Assembly: GCA_041752695.1 (NCBI GenBank)
Contig: JBGSVZ010000012.1
Coordinates: 1 to 64,000 of the forward strand
Source: Terrimicrobiaceae bacterium
Lineage (GTDB): Bacteria; Verrucomicrobiota; Verrucomicrobiia; Chthoniobacterales; Terrimicrobiaceae
Length of the DNA stretch: 64,000 nt
Direction: 5' to 3'
Under the pieces are notes generated by a model. That model made no database searches. It was given only the letters and a program-made list of their open reading frames with translations, and had not been told where the DNA came from. This document shows, in pieces, positions 56,722 to 64,000 of this stretch. The translations under genes and the position numbers were made by a program. Each line of letters opens with the position of its first letter. Within the stretch, counting starts at the first letter, position 1.

Positions 56722-56808
56722 TCAGAGCACATTCAGATGATACCGTGTCCCTTTTGACGCCCCAGTCCGCGCCAGAGCGTTTTTCTCGACGAGATCATTG
56801 AACCGTGT
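56722..56808 (-). pseudogene. C-terminal remnant of a Fic-family (wHTH tail) gene
   Basis: TRFNDLVEKNALARTGASKGTRYHL resembles the TRDLxDLVEKG…TG…TRY tail of Fic proteins; upstream part is non-homologous. Confidence 0.55.
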
Positions 56809-57230
56809 CGGAAGGGCATCGGAAGGGTCGGACGTCGGACGCGGAGTCGGAAGTCTCGGAAGGGTCAGGCATGGTTTATTGATATTTTGGCTGAAACTTT
56901 TGCCCTCATGACAACAAGTCAGGCCTGACCCCTGTTTATGCTGTTTAAAGGCCAACAAGGACACCCATTCCAGAAGCGCCAAAGGCGCGTCAATTCCACA
57001 GCCCGGTTCGAAGGGCCGGGAACCCGGTGACAGCAAATTTGCGGCCTGAAGGTTCGCAATGGGATGGGCCAGAGGGGGATCGCTTCGCCAGCGAGAGGTC
57101 AGGTCAGGGGACAGGAAGGACCGGGGCATTTCGATGTAAAAATGAAAGACCTGACCCCTTCTTCCTCGTGAGGGCCGTCATCACCGGACCCGAGAATCCC
57201 GTCCTCAACCCCCTCGCCATCGCGGATGTG

Positions 57231-57311
57231 GCCGTGCCCGAACCTTCCAGCCTTCTCCTCAGGCTCGGAGGGCTGGCCTTGGTGCTTAGCCGCGGAAGGC
57301 GGGCGAGCCAA
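57231..57311 (+). pseudogene. Orphan PEP-CTERM sorting-signal remnant
   Basis: AVPEPSSLLLRLGGLALVLSRGRRAS with no signal peptide or credible N-terminal domain. Confidence 0.6.
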
Positions 57312-57384
57312 GCGTGGCAACGAAACGAAGGGAACAGAGGCTGAAAGCGAGACTACGGACAATCCGGGAGGAGCGGAGCAGGAC

Positions 57385-57621
57385 CTACCATTCGCCTCTC
57401 TCGGCCGCTCTTCTCGAAAAATAGCCGAACGGGTAAAAGACGGCGTCCACGGGGACCGAAATCGGCAACATCAGATAATAGAGAGGGGCGGGGTCTCCGC
57501 TAAATCCGTAGTCACAGTCCCCCTGCAGCGGTTTTCCCTGGGCCCTGGCCAGAACGTCTCGGGTCATGCAGGACGAAAAGAGCACGGGAACCGCCAGCGC
57601 GAGGAGAAAAAGCCTCTTCAT
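57385..57621 (-). CDS. Small lipoprotein (YceK/YidQ-like)
   Basis: Lipobox FSS-C; LPISVPVDAVFYPF. Confidence 0.7.
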   Translation of the reverse strand: MKRLFLLALAVPVLFSSCMTRDVLARAQGKPLQGDCDYGFSGDPAPLYYLMLPISVPVDAVFYPFGYFSRRAAERGEW

Positions 57622-57736
57622 GCGTTTATCAGAGCGCAAGTCGCGGATTCTTTCAAGCAGCCTTCTGCGGTCGCCAAATTGTCAGAAGGCCGCGGTGGCA
57701 CTGCGCTATCCCGCCCACCGTCCCCGGCGGCTAAAA

Positions 57737-58729
57737 TCAACCTTGGAGGATGGCGACGTCGTTGCGGCTTCGAACGACCGGTTGGTCGGTGACGATGACC
57801 GTCGTCCCCGGCGCGAGAACCTCATAGACTTTCCCGGCAAATTCCGGGTTCATGCGGAGGCGCGATTTGATTTCCTCGGCGTCCACCCGGGGCCCCTTGC
57901 TCGTGACGGACATCCACCGGGGCGCCTGGCGGCCTGGGACCAGGAGACTGATCAGGTCGCTCTTGCCTTCGAGCATCGAGAAGACGTGGTTGCCAAGCGG
58001 ATCAGGCCCGGCGATGGCGATCGGGGCGCGGCCAATGGGCTCTCCGTTGCGATAGACATAGATCGCTTTGTCGGCGGAACTGATCACCATCGTGATCGGG
58101 CCGGTCGGACTGCGCTCGGGTTTCCAATCGTAATCATTCTCCGCGAGATCGCGCAGCAGCTCAGGGGTGAAATCCTTGGGCGCCAGGAGAAGCCCGGGGT
58201 GCGACGCCAGGTGCGGCACGGGAGTTTTGCCATCGCCCACGACCACGGTCCCCCCTTTTGCGGTCTCCTTGAAGAGGAGCTGGGAGAAATCGAACGGCAG
58301 CCGGATGCAGCCGTGGCTCGCGGGGTATCCGGGCAGATTGCCCGAGTGCATGGCAATACCCGTCCAGGTGAGCCGCTGCATATTGGGCATCGGCGCATTG
58401 TTGTATTTTTTCGAGTAGTGCTCCGCTTTTTTTTCCAGGATGGTAAACACGCCGCCCGGCGTGGACCGGCCTTTCGCGCCGGTGCTCACAGTGGACCGGC
58501 CGATGAGAACGCCATTGCGATACACATGCAGAATCTGCTCCGGAACGCTCACCAGCACAACGAGCGGGCCGCTGGGCGAGAGGTGGGGATTCCACCAATA
58601 TTCCCCCGGCTTAAGCTGGCCCGTTGGTCGGCCGGTCGGCGTGCCTTTGGTGTGCCCGGCCGGTTTTTCGACCGCCTGTGCGGTGCAGGAAAACACCAGG
58701 GCCGTGAGGAGAAATACGGAGAATCTCAT
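57737..58729 (-). CDS. L,D-transpeptidase (YkuD family) with degenerate duplicated C-terminal domain
   Basis: Signal peptide; YRNGVLIG, TPGGVF, MHSG…ASHGCIRL; second YRNGEPIG repeat. Confidence 0.9.
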   Translation of the reverse strand: MRFSVFLLTALVFSCTAQAVEKPAGHTKGTPTGRPTGQLKPGEYWWNPHLSPSGPLVVLVSVPEQILHVYRNGVLIGRSTVSTGAKGRSTPGGVFTILEKKAEHYSKKYNNAPMPNMQRLTWTGIAMHSGNLPGYPASHGCIRLPFDFSQLLFKETAKGGTVVVGDGKTPVPHLASHPGLLLAPKDFTPELLRDLAENDYDWKPERSPTGPITMVISSADKAIYVYRNGEPIGRAPIAIAGPDPLGNHVFSMLEGKSDLISLLVPGRQAPRWMSVTSKGPRVDAEEIKSRLRMNPEFAGKVYEVLAPGTTVIVTDQPVVRSRNDVAILQG

Positions 58730-58881
58730 AGGTTGTTTCGAAAGGTAAAAGAACACTTATGACGTTTGCCAATAATTCGTCCATCCAGGATTTATTGGTG
58801 GAGAGGTCGGGGAAGAGGTATACCCATGCCTGGCTTTTGACGAACTCCGCACCTCGGCAAGCCGAGTGAAAGCTCTCCAGA

Positions 58882-58904
58882 CACGCTGAAGCGTGAACTC
58901 CAAC
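58882..58904. repeat. GGAG-type REP-like element
   Basis: CACGCTGAAGCGTGAACTCCAAC. Confidence 0.75.
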
Positions 58905-58949
58905 AGAACAGCGGCGTGCCGTCGCTATCCCTTCAGGAAAGCCATTCGC

Positions 58950-60128
58950 TCAAGCTCTCTCCGCTTTCATTCTCCGCCACGCCCCCGCCGTGCGCCCATA
59001 GGCCAGGAGGCGCCAGAGGTATTCCATCGGTCCGAACCGGAAATGGCGCAGCCACCACGCGGGCCAGGCGATCTGGAGAAGGACAATGCCCACGGCCACC
59101 AGCATTGTTTGGGGGAAGGTCAGTTTTCCATAAAGCCCGAATCCCCAGGCATGGAAGATCACCGCGGCGCAGAGGCTTTGCAGGAGATAGTTGGAGAGCG
59201 CCGTGCGTCCCACCGCCGCGAGGGTGCGGCGCAAGCGGCCGTCCGGTAGCCGGAGCAGGCCCCAGAAATAGGCCGCCGCCAGAAGAAAAGCCCCTGGCAT
59301 GCCGGCCAGCACGAAGACCAGGTAGGTCCTTTCCAGAGCTGGGTCTGTCACCGCCGCCCAGGCCGCGAGACCGCTCAGGACCAGCCCCGCCAGGATCAGC
59401 CCGACGATCACGGCTGGTCGTTTCGGGGTGCCCTTCCAGGGAAACCAGCCCGACCGAATCGCATCATATCCCAGCAACACGACACCGAGATAGAGCGGAA
59501 TCAACAGCAGCATGATGAACTGCATGACAAAGGCCTCGATCATCCGGGTGAGGAGAACCTGCGAGAAGGATCCGTTGCGGTATGCCTCCTCGGCCATCCG
59601 CACATACTTTTCCCACTCGGCCGCGGTTTCTTTGTCGAACGGCTCGCCGCTGCCCGGCAGAAATCCAAACGCGGCCATCACCACAATCGTGCCTCCAAAA
59701 CCAGCCGCCGCAATCCCGCGCAGCGCCAACGGAGGCAGGCGGTGCAGCAAGAGCAGCCCGAAACCCAGAATCGCGTAGGCGCATAAAATGTCGCCCCACC
59801 AGAGGAACACGATGTGGAGAAATCCAAAAACAAAAAGCACCCCCATCCGGCGAGCGACCAACTCCGCGAAGCTTTGCCGCGCGGCTTCGGCCCGCCGATA
59901 TAACATCGCCAGTCCAGCCCCGAGCAGGAAACTTAGGATGGCCACACATTTTCCCGCCAGGAGAAACTCCACCAAAAATTCCCCCGCCGCGGGCCATCCA
60001 CTTGGCGGGGCCGTCTTTCCCATCCACGCCCGATATTGATCGGCGGAGGCGAATCCGGGCATGTTGCAAAAGATCAGCCCCAGAATGGCAAATCCCCGCG
60101 CCGCGTCCACGGCGTCGTCGCGGGCCAT
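58950..60128 (-). CDS. DUF418 (YeiB-like) membrane protein
   Basis: DAARGFAILG, WWGDIL..YA, GRTALSNYLLQS, FGPMEYLWR. Confidence 0.88.
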   Translation of the reverse strand: MARDDAVDAARGFAILGLIFCNMPGFASADQYRAWMGKTAPPSGWPAAGEFLVEFLLAGKCVAILSFLLGAGLAMLYRRAEAARQSFAELVARRMGVLFVFGFLHIVFLWWGDILCAYAILGFGLLLLHRLPPLALRGIAAAGFGGTIVVMAAFGFLPGSGEPFDKETAAEWEKYVRMAEEAYRNGSFSQVLLTRMIEAFVMQFIMLLLIPLYLGVVLLGYDAIRSGWFPWKGTPKRPAVIVGLILAGLVLSGLAAWAAVTDPALERTYLVFVLAGMPGAFLLAAAYFWGLLRLPDGRLRRTLAAVGRTALSNYLLQSLCAAVIFHAWGFGLYGKLTFPQTMLVAVGIVLLQIAWPAWWLRHFRFGPMEYLWRLLAYGRTAGAWRRMKAERA

Positions 60129-60257
60129 GGCAGGAGTCAGGCAGGGGAGCGGTGGCGGATTCACGATTTGCAGCGCGGATGCGGAAAGGTGTTTAGCGGG
60201 GGACCCCGAAAAAGGGAAGTCCGTCGCGGAACTCCCCATCATCCGAGCATGCCGGAA

Positions 60258-60280
60258 CACGCTAAAGCGTGAACTCCAAC
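60258..60280. repeat. GGAG-type REP-like element
   Basis: CACGCTAAAGCGTGAACTCCAAC, identical to the 50907 copy. Confidence 0.75.
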
Positions 60281-60501
60281 GAACACTCACTTTGGAACTA
60301 TCCAGAAGAAGCTGACTGCGAATAGGACGGATGGGCGGGGATAAAGCGGTTTTGGCGGTGCAAAACCCTCCAGGCCAGAAGAGAAGTGTCATTTTGACGC
60401 ACTTTGACGCCTCTTTCCGATCCTAATTCCAAAACTTCGGAAGAAATCCCCTCCCGCCCTCGACAAGGGGGAGTCGCGGCCGATATTTTCCGTCTTCAAC
60501 G

Positions 60502-61407
60502 ATGGAAAAGGCACTGAGTCAGGTTGTTCGGGATATTCTTTCCTCCTACGAGCGCGTGGGGGGATTGAATAATACGGACGGTCTGAACCTTCCTTCCAAG
60601 CGCGCGATTCACGGCATCTGCGATGACCTGCTGCAGATTCTTTTTCCCGGTTTTCATGACGAGGAAGCGGTTCATAAAAACTCGCTGCCGGTGCTCACGC
60701 GTCATCGTGTGACGAGCATGGTGGAACGGCTGGAAGAACAGGTCTGCAAGAGCCTGCGCATCGGCGATCCGGAATGTCCCACTTCTCGCGCGAAGGCGAT
60801 CCTGCTGGAGTTTTGCGAGGCGTTGCCCGGGCTGCGGGATCTGCTCAGTACGGATATCCAGGCGGCTTTTGATGGCGATCCCGCAGCGATCAGTCGGGAA
60901 GAAATCATTCTTTCGTATCCCTGCATCGAGGCGATTTCGATCCAGCGCCTGGCCCATCAGCTTTATCGTTCCGGCGTGCCGATGATTCCGCGCATGATGA
61001 CGGAGTGGGCGCACAGCCGCACGGGCATTGACATCCATCCGGGGGCAAAAATTGGGTCGCATTTTTTCATCGATCACGGCACTGGCGTGGTGATCGGGGA
61101 AACCTCGGAGATCGGACAGCATGTGAAGCTTTACCAGGGCGTGGCCCTCATCGCCCGTTCCCTCGCCGGTGGTCAGGCGCTGAAGGGTGTGAAACGCCAT
61201 CCCACTCTCGGGGACAAAGTGACAGTTTATGCCGGCACCACGATCATGGGCGGTGATACCGTGATCGGCGAAGGCTCGACGATCAGCGCCAACGTGTTTG
61301 TCACCCACAGCGTGCCTCCGCGTTCCCTCGTTCTTCTCGAAGAAAAACAACTCAGCATCCTGGATAAAAACGCCCGCCGGACGGCCAATCAGGAATGGTC
61401 GATATGA
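60502..61407 (+). CDS. cysE: Serine O-acetyltransferase
   Basis: GDPAA, TGIDIHPGA.IG..FFIDHGTGVVIGET, KRHPT. Confidence 0.93.
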   Translation: MEKALSQVVRDILSSYERVGGLNNTDGLNLPSKRAIHGICDDLLQILFPGFHDEEAVHKNSLPVLTRHRVTSMVERLEEQVCKSLRIGDPECPTSRAKAILLEFCEALPGLRDLLSTDIQAAFDGDPAAISREEIILSYPCIEAISIQRLAHQLYRSGVPMIPRMMTEWAHSRTGIDIHPGAKIGSHFFIDHGTGVVIGETSEIGQHVKLYQGVALIARSLAGGQALKGVKRHPTLGDKVTVYAGTTIMGGDTVIGEGSTISANVFVTHSVPPRSLVLLEEKQLSILDKNARRTANQEWSI

Positions 61408-61412
61408 AGACA

Positions 61413-61500
61413 AAGTCGGAAATCGGAAGTCGGAGGTCAGAAGTCATTTTCACTTCCCAACCCTCACTTCGCCTTTCCAACTTCCCCCTTCGCCCTTTGC
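61413..61500. repeat. Heptamer-periodic imperfect inverted repeat
   Basis: aagtcgg aaatcgg aagtcgg aggtcag … acttcgc ctttcca acttccc ccttcgc. Confidence 0.55.
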
Positions 61501-61504
61501 CAAC

Positions 61505-62653
61505 ATGGTCTATCTAGATTACAACGCCACGACTCCGCTCGCTCCGGAGGTTCTGGAAGCCATGCTGCCGCATTTGCGCGACGGTTACGGCAATCCCTCA
61601 AGCATCCATGCGCCCGGACGTGACGCCCGGGCAGCGGTGGACGACGCCCGCGACCGGCTGGCCGGTTTGCTCGGAGTGAAGGCGCACGAGTTGATCTTCA
61701 CGGGCGGCGGCACCGAGGCCTGCAATCTCGCGGTTCTCGGGCTCGCCCACGCTCACGCTCCGCGCGGCAGACATCTGATCACGGCGGCGGCTGAACATCA
61801 TGCCGTCCTGAATGCCTTCGAACATCTGCATCACCATGAAGGATTCGAACTGACCGTCCTGCCCGTGGACGCCCAAGGGCTGGTGGACCCCCAAACCCTG
61901 CGCGCGGCGCTCCGGCCGGACACCATGTTGGTCTCCGTGATGCACGCCAATAACGAAACCGGAACCATCCAGCCGGTGGAGGAACTCTCCGCAATTTGCC
62001 GAGAACGCGGGGTCTGTTTTCACACCGATGCGGTGCAAACTTTTGGCAAGCTCCCGGTTCGTCCGACGGAACTCGGCGCAGCGGCGGTTTCGCTGGCCGC
62101 CCATAAATTTTACGGTCCCAAGGGCGTCGGTGCCCTCTACCTGCGCGCCGGTGTTGCCCTGTCGAGGGTCGCACACGGAGGATCGCACGAGAACACCCGC
62201 CGTCCCGGCACGGAAAACGTCGCCGGCATCGCCGGCATGGCCGTGGCTGCGGAACTGGCCGAAACCAAACGCGAAGCCGAGCAAGTTCGCCTCGCCGCGC
62301 TGCGGGACAGTCTATGGACGGGAATCCACGCCGCCGCCCCGGGAGCCATCCGCAATGGCCACACCGATCGCACCCTGGCCAACACCCTCAACGTCAGTTT
62401 CCCAGGCATGGATGGCGAAGCGCTCCTCATCGGCCTCGACCTCGAAGGCGTTTGCGCCTCCAGCGGATCGGCCTGCATGGTGGGTTCTGTGCAGGCGTCC
62501 CACGTGTTGCTGGCCATGGGCGTCGAGCCCGCACTGGCTCTTTCCACCGTACGATTTTCCCTCGGAACCCAGACCTCCGAACCCGACATCAATCATTGTC
62601 TTCGCGCCCTCACCAAAGTGCTGGGTCGCCAGGCACAACTCCTTGCCGCGTGA
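61505..62653 (+). CDS. iscS: Cysteine desulfurase (IscS/NifS group I)
   Basis: YLDYNATTP, GNPSS, NNETG, HKFYGPKG, SSGSAC. Confidence 0.92.
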   Translation: MVYLDYNATTPLAPEVLEAMLPHLRDGYGNPSSIHAPGRDARAAVDDARDRLAGLLGVKAHELIFTGGGTEACNLAVLGLAHAHAPRGRHLITAAAEHHAVLNAFEHLHHHEGFELTVLPVDAQGLVDPQTLRAALRPDTMLVSVMHANNETGTIQPVEELSAICRERGVCFHTDAVQTFGKLPVRPTELGAAAVSLAAHKFYGPKGVGALYLRAGVALSRVAHGGSHENTRRPGTENVAGIAGMAVAAELAETKREAEQVRLAALRDSLWTGIHAAAPGAIRNGHTDRTLANTLNVSFPGMDGEALLIGLDLEGVCASSGSACMVGSVQASHVLLAMGVEPALALSTVRFSLGTQTSEPDINHCLRALTKVLGRQAQLLAA

Positions 62654-63264
62654 TGAAATACACCCAACTCATGCTCGACTTCGGAAAGAACGTGCTTCGC
62701 CATGTCCGTCTGTTGCCCGACCTTCCGTCCACGCCCTCGCGCCCGAAGGAAAACCGGGACCCGATTCTCGAAAAACTCAGCCGTCAGCTTCTGAATCAGG
62801 CGGGCTGCCGCAATCTGCCGCTGACCGTACAATGGAATCCCCGTCTGCGCACCACCGCCGGCCTGGCCTGTTGGCGCACCAAAACCATCACCCTCAACCC
62901 CGGCCTGATCGAACTTTCGCCGGCTGAGGTTCAGCGCACCCTGCGCCACGAACTGGCCCATTTTCTGGCCCAGTACCGCGCGGGCCGCAAACGCATCCCC
63001 GCCCATGGCGACGAATGGCGCCAGGCCTGCCGCGATCTCGGCATCCCGCGCGAGCCCCGCTGCCATGACCTCCCCTTCAAACGCGCCAAAATGGAGCGCA
63101 AATTTTTTTACGCCTGCCGGGAATGCGGCACCTCGCTCGCCCGGGTAAGGCCGGTGAAAAAGCGCGTGGCCTGCCTGAAATGCTGCCGCAAACACAACGA
63201 CGGCAAATACCACGACCGCTACCGTTTCGTGCAGGTCCCGCCGCCGGAGCGTCTGGCGGCCTGA
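62653..63264 (+). CDS. SprT-family zinc metalloprotease
   Basis: WNPRLRTTAG, HELAH, HGDEW, CxxC…CxxC; TGATG coupling to iscS. Confidence 0.88.
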   Translation: MKYTQLMLDFGKNVLRHVRLLPDLPSTPSRPKENRDPILEKLSRQLLNQAGCRNLPLTVQWNPRLRTTAGLACWRTKTITLNPGLIELSPAEVQRTLRHELAHFLAQYRAGRKRIPAHGDEWRQACRDLGIPREPRCHDLPFKRAKMERKFFYACRECGTSLARVRPVKKRVACLKCCRKHNDGKYHDRYRFVQVPPPERLAA

Positions 63265-63495
63265 CCGCCGGAGGCGGCAACGCTCAACTTTCAGCCATGA
63301 ACGCTCAAGGATCCCCGGAACGCAGCGTGGCGATTCCGCGATTTCCTGGCAATTCGTGCAATTTGCCTCCGGCTTCGCCTCCGCCCCAGCGGGACTGTCT
63401 TTCAGACAGGCGATGTCGCTTCGCTTCATTGTGTCTGAAAAAGCTTCCCGCTGCGGGAAGTTCGGGATTTATTGCCCGTTCTTCCTTTCCCCAAA

Positions 63496-64000
63496 ATGAG
63501 CACCAACATCGAGTCCCACCTCGTCGAAAACCGCGTTTTTAAACCCTCCAAAGAATTTTCCAAAAAGGCCCGGATCAAGTCCTTCGCGGACTATAAAAAA
63601 CTCCACGAATTTTCCATCAAGAAGCCGGAGAAATTCTGGGCCGAGGAGGCCGCCGATCTGCTCTGGCAGCAAAAATGGACCAAGGTCCTGGATTGGAAAC
63701 CGCCTTATGCCAAGTGGTTCGTGGGTGGAAAACTGAACGTCAGCGAAAACTGTCTCGACCGTCATCTGGACGGACCCCGCCGGAACAAGGCCGCCATCAT
63801 TTGGGAAGGAGAACCCGGCGAGAAACGCGTTCTCACCTACCACCAGCTCCATCGCGAAGTCTGCCTTTTCGCCAACATCCTGAAACGCAACGGCTGCAAA
63901 AAAGGCGACCGCGTCATCATTTACATGCCGCATATCCCGGAGGCGGCCATCGCCATGCTGGGCTGCGCCCGCATCGGTGCCGTGCACAGCGTGATTTTCG
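63496..64000 (+). CDS. acs: Acetyl-CoA synthetase (5' part, runs off the window)
   Basis: Manual translation [15 protein letters not shown]…[17 protein letters not shown]…AIIWEGEPG…[12 protein letters not shown]. Confidence 0.95.
   Translation, partial: MSTNIESHLVENRVFKPSKEFSKKARIKSFADYKKLHEFSIKKPEKFWAEEAADLLWQQKWTKVLDWKPPYAKWFVGGKLNVSENCLDRHLDGPRRNKAAIIWEGEPGEKRVLTYHQLHREVCLFANILKRNGCKKGDRVIIYMPHIPEAAIAMLGCARIGAVHSVIF

Overview
This is a GC-rich bacterial chromosomal segment. A Verrucomicrobiota (Spartobacteria/Chthoniobacterales-like) origin is inferred from the PEP-CTERM remnant, the absence of L30 from the spc cluster and the protein styles; it is not proven. From left to right: (1) a ~1.27 kb non-coding, hairpin-rich spacer in which a 24-bp imperfect direct repeat brackets ~1 kb. 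(2) A ~3,700-aa Sec-exported multidomain surface protein (RCC1, Ig-like, Calx-beta, 4x LamG, Ca-binding repeats) with a lower-GC C-terminal domain carrying a colicin-M-like DxYDFN motif, translationally coupled to a signal-peptide partner gene; this is a candidate polymorphic toxin/immunity locus. (3) A methylamine N-methylglutamate cluster (gmaS, mgsABC, XRE-cupin regulator) with a monomeric sarcosine-oxidase-like gene where mgdABCD is normally found. (4) recA. (5) A four-gene cluster: membrane-fusion protein, ECF sigma factor fused in frame to an LEPR-like leader plus acidic cargo plus PEP-CTERM-like tail, GAF-MFP, and RRE-M50 protease-MFP. This is the top candidate for an undescribed system coupling export/proteolysis to transcription. 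(6) A truncated S10-spc-alpha ribosomal cluster (rpsC to rpsD). (7) Housekeeping and accessory genes: rpsU, P1B-4 ATPase, korAB, Tat-SOD, MGMT, polB, GbsR module, vapBC, one active and one catalytically dead L,D-transpeptidase, cysE-iscS-sprT, and partial acs. Many REP-like palindromes lie at gene junctions. No rRNA, tRNA, CRISPR array or intact transposase/integrase was recognised. All functional calls come from motif recognition by eye, with no database searches.
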